NCBI GenBank assembly: GCA_964551375.1
Contig: CAZKBG010000001.1
Coordinates: forward strand, 420,001-452,000
Direction: 5' to 3'
Length of the DNA stretch: 32,000 nucleotides
From: an uncultured archaeon
Lineage (GTDB): Archaea > Iainarchaeota > Iainarchaeia > Iainarchaeales > JAAZKV01
The translations under genes were made by a program, and so were the position numbers. The notes under the pieces are model-generated. The model was not told where the DNA came from and made no database searches. It was given only the letters and a program-made list of their open reading frames with translations. Positions 9,970 through 18,513 of the stretch are shown here, piece after piece. Positions within the stretch are counted from its first letter, which is position 1. The number at the start of each line of letters is the position of its first letter.

Positions 9970-11076
9970 TCAGCTGACTGCAACTTCAACAAACCCAGCT
10001 GCCCTGTTTGAATCATTATAAACGGCAAAAAAGTTTGAATCATAAACCATGCTGGGCGCCCCTGGAGGAATATTAAAAGTTAAATTAAATGACTTGCACG
10101 CTCCCGAGTTAATTGAATCAATAGGATTTCCACCCAAATCAAGGGCGGGAAGATTATACCAGTCAAGCATATTGGCATCGCTTCTTGAAACTTTTTCCCA
10201 AACAATTCCTGAAACTAAATTTTCAGAAGAATTGCATATTGAAAAACTTTTCACAGCAGAACTGCCCGCGGAAGCTGCAAACGAAGTGCTTTTTGGGTAA
10301 ATTGCAAGCGCGCTCGCGTCAGGAAAAGCTTCAATTGAGAAAACAATTCTCTTTGAATAATTTGAATCGCTAACTCCGTTGCTCAACTGCGCATTTATAT
10401 CAAACACCCCGACATAATTTCCGTAAGCAGAAGAACTCAAAGAAATATTAAAATCAATTAATTTTGACTCGCCTGTGTTTAGAACAAACTCAGAGCACCC
10501 TTCGCACATTTGAAAACTTGCCTCGCTTCCGCCCTCAAAAGTCTGGCTAATCCAAAACCTTGCGCCAAAGCTTGATAAATTTCTTATAGTAAAAAAGCTC
10601 CCCGCCGTGCTTGACTGCTTTGCCGAAAGAGAAACGCTTTCAGCGCTCAATTCGAAATCATCATACAATAGTTTTACCACATTTCCGTCAAAGTACATGT
10701 TAGCAAAATAAGAGCCAAAAATATATCTGCCGTTTTCCTTCTTCCAGTCCCCGAGAATTATCACATCGGCAGAACTAATCACATCCCCGCCGTTTGAAAG
10801 AGCCAAATTAACTTCCCTGCCGTTAATCGCGCTCGCATTCATCCTAAGCGAATCAGGAAGTTCAATTAAAATCCTTGATTTTGAGCCCGCGCCAGAAGCA
10901 TAAAGCACATTGGCAGTATTAACAATTCTATCAACCGTAACTTTTGCAGTGGTCTGCTCTCTTGCAATCTGGCTTGAGTTAACCTGATTTGTGTAAAGAG
11001 AAAAAATTATGCTCAAAGCAAGCATGGAAGCGGCAAGGATTAAAATCAATTCAACAGTAGTCTGCCCTCGATTCAT
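9970..11076 (-). CDS. class III signal peptide protein (minor pilin/adhesin candidate)
   Basis: MNRGQTTVELILILAASMLALSIIFSLY: R-G|QTTVE site; AYGNYVGVFDINAQ segment resembles the repeats in 8034..9899. ATG at 11076 preferred over 11133. Confidence 0.8.
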   Translation of the reverse strand: MNRGQTTVELILILAASMLALSIIFSLYTNQVNSSQIAREQTTAKVTVDRIVNTANVLYASGAGSKSRILIELPDSLRMNASAINGREVNLALSNGGDVISSADVIILGDWKKENGRYIFGSYFANMYFDGNVVKLLYDDFELSAESVSLSAKQSSTAGSFFTIRNLSSFGARFWISQTFEGGSEASFQMCEGCSEFVLNTGESKLIDFNISLSSSAYGNYVGVFDINAQLSNGVSDSNYSKRIVFSIEAFPDASALAIYPKSTSFAASAGSSAVKSFSICNSSENLVSGIVWEKVSRSDANMLDWYNLPALDLGGNPIDSINSGACKSFNLTFNIPPGAPSMVYDSNFFAVYNDSNRAAGFVEVAVS

Positions 11077-11180
11077 GAATAGTAAAACGATTTTACTGTA
11101 TTTATTTATTGCTAAATGGGAAAAAGCCCTCACTAACCGCCCTCAAAAGTATTTTATAAGGAAAAACCCCTTTATGTTGC

Positions 11181-11744
11181 ATGATAAATGCAACTTTCAT
11201 GAAAGAAGCGATTGCAACTTCGGATAAAAAAGTCACTTTTGTGATGCTTAATCAAAAACAGGGAAAGGACGCTGTTGAATTCACAATTAACGCGCTCTTA
11301 AATCAAATGAAAAAAATTGTTTTAATTGCGTTCTCAAAACAGCCATCGGAGTCATTCAGACAAATAATAACTCAAAATGATAATATTTCGCTTATTGACT
11401 GCTCAGGAAGCTTGAACGAAAATCCAAGGACAATATCAATAGGAAACCCTTCAGATTTGACAAGCCTGCAGGTGGCGCTTGATAAAATTGACAAGGAAAT
11501 CGCAGGACCCAAGACTATAATATTTGATTCAGTAAATATGATGGCTATTTACAACAAAAAGGATGATTTTGGGAGATTTATTCACTTACTAAGCAACAAA
11601 ATGCGGCTTAAAGAAAATTCAATTATCTTTTTCACAACAAAAGAATCCACAAACCAGAATGCTCTTGATGTAATGCAGGAGCTTGCGGATAAAACATACG
11701 ATTACAGCAGCCTCTTAATCGGCGCAATATCAGTTTACGAATAA
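11181..11744 (+). CDS. hypothetical protein, degenerate RecA/RAD55-like fold without P-loop
   Basis: KKVTFVMLNQKQGKDAVEFTINALLNQMKKIVLIAFSKQPSESF... KTIIFDSVNMMAIY; fold-like pattern with LNQKQGKD in place of a Walker A. Divergent from the pilin-like cassette. Confidence 0.6.
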   Translation: MINATFMKEAIATSDKKVTFVMLNQKQGKDAVEFTINALLNQMKKIVLIAFSKQPSESFRQIITQNDNISLIDCSGSLNENPRTISIGNPSDLTSLQVALDKIDKEIAGPKTIIFDSVNMMAIYNKKDDFGRFIHLLSNKMRLKENSIIFFTTKESTNQNALDVMQELADKTYDYSSLLIGAISVYE

Positions 11745-11814
11745 TAACCAAGAAACAAAAAGTTTGATCCTGATAACCCTGATTTAGAGAGGAAGAATTC
11801 TAAAAAAAATATTT

Positions 11815-12705
11815 TTAGAACACTTCAACATCAGGATAAATTGCAATTCCATCTTTTTCAAAATTCATCGCGCAAACTTTATTTGTGTGCCGAGTGCCGC
11901 GCATCTTAATTACTTCAAGAGAGTGAATTCTAATTCCTCTTTCCTGATCATGCGCATAATAAAGCGAAACAATCGCATCGCTGATGAACCCGATGCTCCC
12001 CTCTTCTTTTTCAATATCAGCAGGAGAATCCTCGCAAACAACCATGGAAGTAACCCCCCATTTTCGAAGCAGGTTAAAAAATTCAAGTATTTTTTCTCTT
12101 CTCTTATACTCATCCCTGAAAAGAAGCCCATATGCTGTCACTGAATCAACAACAACCCTCTGCGCGCTTACTTCCGCAAGCGCATCCCTAATCTGCCCGC
12201 CCCCTTCTTCAAGTATTTTAGTTACCTGGTGCGGCTTAAACTCAAGCAAACGAAACTTATTTTCCTTTTCAAGCTTCTCAAAATCCCAGCCGAATTGATT
12301 TGCATGCCTAAACAAAGATGTTCTATCTTCTTCAAAAGTAATGAAAACGCCAGGCTCGTTAAACTCTTCAGCGCCTTTATACAAAAACTGAAGACTCAAA
12401 AGGGTTTTTCCAGTTCCTGAAGCGCCGACTACAAGAACAATTGATTCCCTCTCATACCCTCCGCTAATAAGCTCATCAAAACCGTTAATCCCTGTCTTAA
12501 CTCTTGTTTGAGGAGTGCCCTTATTTACACGCTCAACAACAAACTTTTTGTCATCAAAACCGCCCAAATCATCATCAGGACCAAGCGGAGAAGTGAGCGG
12601 TTTAATTTTAATTGAGCCGCTCGGGTCAGTATTTATGCTAAAACCCGGCTGGGAGAAAGAAAGCTTATTTTTATTCAAAGAAAAAACATTTTCTTCATCA
12701 GGCAT
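11815..12705 (-). CDS. KaiC/RadA/FlaH-like circadian-clock-family ATPase
   Basis: GFDELISGGYERESIVLVVGASGTGKTLLSLQFLYKG (Walker A), RVVVDSVTAYGLL (Walker B), VIKMRGTRHTNKVCAMNFEKDGIAIYP KaiC-type C-terminus. Confidence 0.9.
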   Translation of the reverse strand: MPDEENVFSLNKNKLSFSQPGFSINTDPSGSIKIKPLTSPLGPDDDLGGFDDKKFVVERVNKGTPQTRVKTGINGFDELISGGYERESIVLVVGASGTGKTLLSLQFLYKGAEEFNEPGVFITFEEDRTSLFRHANQFGWDFEKLEKENKFRLLEFKPHQVTKILEEGGGQIRDALAEVSAQRVVVDSVTAYGLLFRDEYKRREKILEFFNLLRKWGVTSMVVCEDSPADIEKEEGSIGFISDAIVSLYYAHDQERGIRIHSLEVIKMRGTRHTNKVCAMNFEKDGIAIYPDVEVF

Positions 12706-12823
12706 TCATACCACGCAGTAAATCCACAGATAAACGATTTTAATCTATTTAAAGCCAACGTTTAAAGCAAAACACGAAAAGCAGCGCTCATAAAAAATTG
12801 ATTCTTTTATAAAAAAATAGATA

Positions 12824-12848
12824 CTTGGAAAGCTATTTGCTTCCCAAG
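12824..12848 (-). terminator. hairpin plus U-tract downstream of the histone gene
   Basis: Minus strand CTTGGGAAGC-AAATA-GCTTTCCAAG (10 bp with one G-U) followed by TATCTATTTTTTTATAAAA. Confidence 0.6.
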
Positions 12849-12868
12849 ATAAGGATTCTCTAATTAAC

Positions 12869-13045
12869 TTAGAAATCGCATGCTCTAACAGTCTTTCTGC
12901 CGTTTTCTTTTGCTCTTGCAGCAGCTTTCTTTATCATTTTAGCTACTTCAGCGCTTAAAGCGTCAACAGCGTCGCCTGCAGTGTTGCAGTCTTCAGCCTT
13001 GATTGCGTCTTTTACTTTTGATGCTACTACCAATACTTCTGTCAT
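12869..13045 (-). CDS. archaeal-type histone-fold protein, alpha3-truncated (58 aa)
   Basis: Absent from ORF track. MTEVLVVASKVKDAIKAEDCNTAGDAVDALSAEVAKMIKKAAARAKENGRKTVRACDF*; hallmark GRKTVxxxD[FIL] loop; preceded by SD AAGGGGG and a TATA box. Confidence 0.85.
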   Translation of the reverse strand: MTEVLVVASKVKDAIKAEDCNTAGDAVDALSAEVAKMIKKAAARAKENGRKTVRACDF

Positions 13046-13130
13046 AAATAAAACCCCCTTTGCCTAGCGAGAATCACTAAATTACTAACAACTCTCACCA
13101 CAAAGCTATCCAAAAATGAGATGTAAAGGG

Positions 13131-13138
13131 TATTTAAA
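13131..13138 (-). promoter_or_regulatory. TATA box upstream of histone gene
   Basis: Minus strand AATTTAAATACCC about 86-93 nt upstream of the start codon. Confidence 0.5.
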
Positions 13139-13250
13139 TTAAATGGTTCAAATTGACGATTTAAGGCACTTTAACCCTGTTTTTGCTTTGATTAAATCAG
13201 CTTTTCGCCAAAAAAACGAGTTAAAAAGACTTTTTGCCACCAGTATTAAC

Positions 13251-13308
13251 TGCCTGTGATGATGCATTTTACTCTGAATAGTGATGAGTGATGGGCGAGC
13301 TGAGGCGC
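13251..13308 (+). ncRNA. archaeal C/D box sRNA (2'-O-methylation guide)
   Basis: C box GTGATGA (13256-13262), 11-nt guide, D' CTGA (13274-13277), 3-nt spacer, C' GTGATGA (13281-13287), 12-nt guide, D CTGA (13300-13303). Short TGCC/GGCG closing stem. Confidence 0.82.
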
Positions 13309-13374
13309 TAATACTTTTATATTTGGAAAAAATAAAAAAATGCATTTTAAGATTAGTTTCTTGTTTTTAGTGAT

Positions 13375-13902
13375 TTACAATAAAATTCTTTCAGCAGAGT
13401 AATAATTCACAAAATCTTCAGAATCAATAACCGCAATTAAAACAACTGTGTGAATATTGCCTGAGAGTCTTGTCATTCTGCTCAACTGAGGCATGGTAAG
13501 TTTCTCTGATTCAGGAGCCACATGAATTACATATTTTGAATGCTCCTCGCCCATTTTCTTTCCTTTGGGGTAAACTCTAAAATCAAATCCAAACTTCAGC
13601 CCTGTTTTAACGCAGTAACCTTTTTCCCTTAAATCAGAATATACTAAAAACTTGGAATAAAACCGCTTATCCTTCTCAAGCGCAAGAGCAAGAAGCTTTT
13701 TTTCACCCACTAACTTGTTCTTCTTATCAACAACATTTAATTTGCTGTTTTTTGACAAATAAACTGATTCAAATAAATCAAGCACCAAATTTCGTCCCTT
13801 GTTTTCTCCAAAACCCTTCTCGACAAGAATCCCCTTAAGAGTGGCGTCCTCAACAACAACCTTATTCTCAAACAAATGAGCAATATTCTCAATTTCGGCC
13901 AT
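13375..13902 (-). CDS. endA: tRNA-splicing endonuclease-family protein (EndA)
   Basis: YCVKTGLKFGFDFRVYPKGKKMGEEHSKYVIHVAPESEKLTMPQLSRMTRL...AVIDSEDFVNYYSAERI. Start placed at MAEIENIAHLF (ORF opens at 13956). Confidence 0.9.
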   Translation of the reverse strand: MAEIENIAHLFENKVVVEDATLKGILVEKGFGENKGRNLVLDLFESVYLSKNSKLNVVDKKNKLVGEKKLLALALEKDKRFYSKFLVYSDLREKGYCVKTGLKFGFDFRVYPKGKKMGEEHSKYVIHVAPESEKLTMPQLSRMTRLSGNIHTVVLIAVIDSEDFVNYYSAERILL

Positions 13903-13915
13903 AAAATCACTTATC

Positions 13916-14320
13916 TTATCTCTTCTTCTCCGCATCAACTGACACAGCAACTTCAACTACATCCACATGCACTTTATTTTTTTTCAGCTCTTTTACTATG
14001 TCATCAAAAAACTGAATTTCCTGCTTTACTAAAACCACTTTGTCAACTTTCTTAATCAAAGCAATTGAAACGATTTTTGGAATTGTTGAACCCCACTCTG
14101 TGAGCTCGTCATACTTCTTCCTTTTAGCACCAATTTCTTTTTTAATCCCGTCAAGAACAATCCTAAACTGCCTGACTTCACCCATAGCAGAGCCAGCTCT
14201 CGGGCTAAAATCCTTATCCACTATCTGAAGCAGAATAATTTCATCCACTTTATTTGTAATAGCCTCAATAAAAGCAGGCTCTTTTTCTCTGCCTGTTAAG
14301 ACAGGAACTAAAATCTTCAT
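13916..14320 (-). CDS. UspA-like (universal stress protein fold) hypothetical protein
   Basis: MKILVPVLTGREKEPAFIEAITNKVDEIILLQIVD, then KVDKVVLVKQ...KVHVDVVEV alpha/beta pattern. Confidence 0.5.
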   Translation of the reverse strand: MKILVPVLTGREKEPAFIEAITNKVDEIILLQIVDKDFSPRAGSAMGEVRQFRIVLDGIKKEIGAKRKKYDELTEWGSTIPKIVSIALIKKVDKVVLVKQEIQFFDDIVKELKKNKVHVDVVEVAVSVDAEKKR

Positions 14321-14408
14321 AAGCGTTCAATACATTAGTAGGGGGTTAATCAGATTAAAAACCTATTTTGAACGCTACACTTAAATATTACAAAGCAGTG
14401 TTCTTTTC

Positions 14409-14963
14409 ATGAAAACGCTTGAATATGACATAAGCGAAGCCTCAAGGCTTTTTTCTGAAAAAAAAGTCATGGATTTAAGGGGCTTAGGAAATCGGCTTAT
14501 TAGAGAAGCCGCGCTTGGAAATGATTACGCAAAAGCGGAGCTTGGCGTAATTGCATATGCTTTGCACAAAATTGAGACAAAACCCCACTTTATAAAAAGC
14601 CCGCAATGGGGAAAAATAAAACAGCTAATTACAAATGATTTCAATAAAGCGCAAAATGCGACAAGACAAAATGACGCAGCAACTTTAATGGCTGCACTAA
14701 AAGAGCTTATTAGAAATATTGTTCAAATAGACAATGAGCTTGGAAACTACGCGCAAGGAATATACGAAAAAGCAAAAGTAAAGCAGGCATCTTTAGCATA
14801 CAGCTACGGGTTAAGCGTGGCTCAATCTTCAGCCCTCACAGGAGCCGACCCAAAAGAGCTTCAAAGTTATATCGGATTTACAACAATGCATGATGAAGAG
14901 CTTGAAATAAAATCAATAAAAGAAAGAGTGGTTGAAATGAAGAAACTGCTCGAAGAGGATTGA
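14409..14963 (+). CDS. conserved helical hypothetical protein
   Basis: 184-aa ORF starting MKTLEYDISEASRLFSEKKV; promoter-like AT run upstream; followed at once by the PIN-like gene. Confidence 0.7.
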   Translation: MKTLEYDISEASRLFSEKKVMDLRGLGNRLIREAALGNDYAKAELGVIAYALHKIETKPHFIKSPQWGKIKQLITNDFNKAQNATRQNDAATLMAALKELIRNIVQIDNELGNYAQGIYEKAKVKQASLAYSYGLSVAQSSALTGADPKELQSYIGFTTMHDEELEIKSIKERVVEMKKLLEED

Positions 14964-14977
14964 ATTTTGGTGAAAAC

Positions 14978-15664
14978 ATGAAGGCAGTAATTGACACAGG
15001 AACAATGATTACCCTTTCAGGAACATGCTTAATGAATGTGTTTAAGGGTTTTGTAAGAGCAAATAATATTGAGCTTTTAGTGTCAAGCACAGTTGCGGAA
15101 GAAAGCGTGTGGAAACCGCTTACAAATAAAAGATTTGCATTAAACGCCGCAAGAATAAAATACGCCATGACTGAAAAAACGGTGCAAGTAATTCCGTCAA
15201 ATCAGGAAATATCAAACATGGAGCAGAGGATACTAAATATTTCAAATAACTGCTTTTATGCGCAGGGAAGCCCAATGAAAATAATACAGGCAGGAGAAGC
15301 AGAAGCATTGGCTCTTGCAAAAATCTTCGGAGCAAAAGCGCTTTTTGTCGATGAAAGAACAACCCGCTCGCTTATTGAAAACCCAATCAGATTAAAACAG
15401 GTTCTTGAAAGAAGACAGGACCAGGAAATAACAATGAACGAAGCCAACATTAACACAATAAAAAATATGTTCCCAAAATTACTCATGTTTAGAAGCGTTG
15501 ATATAATCGCATCCGCATACGAACAAGGATTATTCAACCACGAACTTGCCCATGGAAAACTCGAGCTTGAAGCGGCATTATACGCCGCAAAATTCAACGG
15601 ATGCGCGGTAAGCGAAAAAGAAATACAGGAATACATAAGCACATACAGCGCGCACAAAAAATAA
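14978..15664 (+). CDS. PIN-domain-like protein
   Basis: MKAVIDTGTMITLSG start, IIQAGEAEALALAKIFGAKALFVDERTTRSL (conserved E and D), EADLxxA-like C-terminal pattern. ORF opens at 14960. Confidence 0.7.
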   Translation: MKAVIDTGTMITLSGTCLMNVFKGFVRANNIELLVSSTVAEESVWKPLTNKRFALNAARIKYAMTEKTVQVIPSNQEISNMEQRILNISNNCFYAQGSPMKIIQAGEAEALALAKIFGAKALFVDERTTRSLIENPIRLKQVLERRQDQEITMNEANINTIKNMFPKLLMFRSVDIIASAYEQGLFNHELAHGKLELEAALYAAKFNGCAVSEKEIQEYISTYSAHKK

Positions 15665-15709
15665 AACAATAATATTTTTGCAAAGCAGTTATTTTCACGG
15701 TGAAGGAAT

Positions 15710-16183
15710 TTGAATATCGAAACCGCAAAACCGGAAGACGCGGCATGGCTCAACGAAAAAATAAGCGCTGAATTTCCCTACACAAAATTCACTCCTCAAA
15801 AAATAGAGGAAAAAATTAAGGACCCAAAATATCTTGTGCTTATAGCAAAGCAGGAAAACATTTACACAGGATTTAGCGAAATAGAGCTGTTTTTTGACAA
15901 AAAAGAAGCAAGATTAAACGGAATTTACGTGGAAGACTCGTGGAGAGACCAGGGAATAGCAAAAGCAATGATTGCAAGAATGATAGAGTACTGCAGGGCA
16001 AACAGCATAGAAAAACTATTTTTACTTGTGAAAAAAACAAACGAAGACGCAAAAGCGCTTTATAAAAAAACCAAATTCACTTTTGAAAAAATGCATGAAA
16101 AAGAAATTGAAGGAACGCCTGTTGAAGTCTGGTCGCAGATAATTCCAAAAGACAATCCCCACAGACACCATTTAATCAAGTAG
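15710..16183 (+). CDS. GNAT family N-acetyltransferase
   Basis: LNGIYVEDSWRDQGIAKAMIARMIEYCRANSIEKLFLLVKKTNEDAKALYKKTKFTFEKMHEKEI. Confidence 0.88.
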   Translation: MNIETAKPEDAAWLNEKISAEFPYTKFTPQKIEEKIKDPKYLVLIAKQENIYTGFSEIELFFDKKEARLNGIYVEDSWRDQGIAKAMIARMIEYCRANSIEKLFLLVKKTNEDAKALYKKTKFTFEKMHEKEIEGTPVEVWSQIIPKDNPHRHHLIK

Positions 16184-16681
16184 CAAATCTTCCATCGCTA
16201 CTTCTTTCTTCTTCTTAGGGTCAAGGAACTCTTCAATAATCGGCTCTTCAAAATTCGTTGGCGCTCGGAGCATTCCCTTCTCGATAACAATTTTTCCAAG
16301 ATGAGGAACTCTAACAAATGAAACCCCCCTGTGAGGGCCGTGAATCTGCGCTTTCAAAGTTATTTTCCCAGTTCTTATTACAACATGCTCTGGAAGAACA
16401 GCATAGCGCCACACTTCATCCTTTGGCTTTTTTAAAACAGCTTCAGCTATATCCAAAAGAGTTGAAGAAGGTTTGCTTGGCACAGCATGCGCTTCTTCAG
16501 GAGACTCTGCAGCATGAAGCAATTTAACATTAAATTCACCCATAAACCAAATGTGGCTGATTGGGTCAAACTTTGCCTTAGGAGTAACTAAATGCTGATA
16601 ACTCTTTCTTTTCCTTAATAGCGCCAACAAAACACCTTTATTAAAAAGGGTTTTCTTAATAAAAAAGATTGCTATCCGCAT
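16172..16681 (-). CDS. hypothetical protein
   Basis: 169-aa ORF; true start uncertain (M at 16543 possible). Convergent 12-nt overlap with the GNAT gene. Confidence 0.6.
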   Translation of the reverse strand: MRIAIFFIKKTLFNKGVLLALLRKRKSYQHLVTPKAKFDPISHIWFMGEFNVKLLHAAESPEEAHAVPSKPSSTLLDIAEAVLKKPKDEVWRYAVLPEHVVIRTGKITLKAQIHGPHRGVSFVRVPHLGKIVIEKGMLRAPTNFEEPIIEEFLDPKKKKEVAMEDLLLD

Positions 16682-16794
16682 AAAAGAGCAAAAATATGAA
16701 AAAATGCCCCAAAAATAAGTATTTATACCATAAAATGCAGCACTAAAATCAAAGAAAAATTATCTAAAAAAAAAGAAAAATACAATAGGAAGCC

Positions 16795-17649
16795 CTATTG
16801 TATTTCAAACACTACTGAAACTTCAGCAGTAACACTCACATCATTTGGAGTGATTGGAGTCGGAGCTTTTGCTGCAACCAAATCCATTGCTCCTGAAGAA
16901 TTGCTGTAGTTAGGATAATAGAAGTAAGAATTTTCAGTTATTGATTTAATCTTACCAATTGATACTCCCAAGCCTTGCCCAATACTATCAGCTTTTGATT
17001 TAGCAAGAGAACCCGCTTCTTTTAAAGCAGCAAGCTTTACTTCAAGCTCTTTGTCTTTGCTTAAACCGAATGAAATGCTTGACACGCTGTTTGCTCCCGC
17101 ATTTACCGCAGCGTCAATTACTCTTCCAGCCCCGCTAACATCAGCGCCGTTTAGGGTAACCTTGATCTGATTAGTTGTTCTATACCCAACCGAAACAGAT
17201 TTTCGCTCAATATCATTCCACTCAAACTCTTCGTTAACCGAATAGCCAAGAGTTTTTACATCGGCCCTAACTGAACTCATTGAAGTAAGAGCGCTATTCA
17301 CTCTATCCGCAATTTCAGCATTATCAGACTGGCTCTTCTGAGCTGATTTATCAAGCGTCTGAACGCTTAATACAATTTCAACCTTGTCAGGAGCAACTAT
17401 TTTTTCAACAGTCCCTGAAGAAGACAATGTTCGCACATTATCATTTCCATTTAAACCGTCAACCTGAATTGTCCCAATTTGAGCCGGTTTTGCTGTAGAA
17501 CTTCCAATGCTAAAAGCAATCATTACAATTGCCACAAGCACCAAAATTCCAACTATCATAAAAGGAGCTTTATGCATGCAAGAAGCACCTTCACTTTCAA
17601 AAGAATTTCTACTCATAGAATTCCCTCCATTTAACCAAAACTCAGACAA
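16795..17649 (-). CDS. SIMPL (DUF541) domain-containing membrane-anchored protein
   Basis: VSSSGTVEKIVAPDKVEIVLSVQT-type start, SVGYRTTNQIKVTLN, AALKEAGSLAKSKADSIGQGLGVSIGKIKSITE, NDVSVTAEVSVVFEI; N-terminal TM. Confidence 0.88.
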   Translation of the reverse strand: MSEFWLNGGNSMSRNSFESEGASCMHKAPFMIVGILVLVAIVMIAFSIGSSTAKPAQIGTIQVDGLNGNDNVRTLSSSGTVEKIVAPDKVEIVLSVQTLDKSAQKSQSDNAEIADRVNSALTSMSSVRADVKTLGYSVNEEFEWNDIERKSVSVGYRTTNQIKVTLNGADVSGAGRVIDAAVNAGANSVSSISFGLSKDKELEVKLAALKEAGSLAKSKADSIGQGLGVSIGKIKSITENSYFYYPNYSNSSGAMDLVAAKAPTPITPNDVSVTAEVSVVFEIQ

Positions 17650-17736
17650 AATCTGTTTAAAAGCAAATCGATAAACTCAGGAAAAAGCCGTAAATGGACA
17701 GGAAAGATATTTATTCAATAAAAATCTATTATACGC

Positions 17737-18489
17737 ATGGAAAAAGTTGAATTTATCAACCCACGCGGAATAACTATTTCAGCCAACTTTTGGCCGACAA
17801 ACAAAGACGCTGTAATAATAATGAGCCACGGATTCACAGGAGACAAAAGCGAATGGGGAAAATTTGACAAAATCGCAAAAGAGCTTCACTCAAAAGGATA
17901 CGCAGTCCTAAGCTATGACTTTTCAGGGTGCGGAGAAAGTGGAGACGATTCAATAACAATCGCAAAAGAGCTTGAAGACCTTTCAACCGCGATAACATTT
18001 GTAAAAGCGCTCGGATACAAAAACGTGGGACTCTTCGGACACAGCCTTGGAGGATTTATCAGCCTCAAATCTTACGCTCCGCAAATTAAAACAATGGTGC
18101 TAACTGCGCCAGTGACACACTCTTCTGAAAATGACTGGGGAGAACGATTCACAAAAGAACAGCGAGCAGAAGCAAAAAAAACAGGGGTAATAATTAAGAC
18201 ACGAAATAAAGGCGTTAGGAAAAAAATTGTTATTGGAAAAGAAATTATAAAAGAAAGAAATAACATAAACCCAAAAGACTACCTTCGCAAGATAAACTGC
18301 CCTGTTTTAATAATTCACGGAGACAAAGACGAAGATATTCCGGTACAGCATTCAGAACTTGCTATGAAACAACTTCCAAAAGGCTCAAAAATTGAAATAC
18401 TAAAAGGCGCAAACCATGATTATGAAAAGCAGATAAATAAAGTCGCAAAAATCACTACAAAATGGTTTCTAAAACAAATGAAAATCTGA
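17737..18489 (+). CDS. alpha/beta hydrolase
   Basis: VIMSHGFTGDKSEWG, GLFGHSLGGFISL nucleophile elbow, VLIIHGDKDEDIPVQHS, KGANHDY. Confidence 0.9.
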   Translation: MEKVEFINPRGITISANFWPTNKDAVIIMSHGFTGDKSEWGKFDKIAKELHSKGYAVLSYDFSGCGESGDDSITIAKELEDLSTAITFVKALGYKNVGLFGHSLGGFISLKSYAPQIKTMVLTAPVTHSSENDWGERFTKEQRAEAKKTGVIIKTRNKGVRKKIVIGKEIIKERNNINPKDYLRKINCPVLIIHGDKDEDIPVQHSELAMKQLPKGSKIEILKGANHDYEKQINKVAKITTKWFLKQMKI

Positions 18490-18513
18490 CATAAACAATA
18501 TTCAAAAAATAAA

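Noticed and set aside
13148-13345. 65-aa minus ORF
   Set aside because: Overlaps the C/D box sRNA and the histone promoter; no coding signature.
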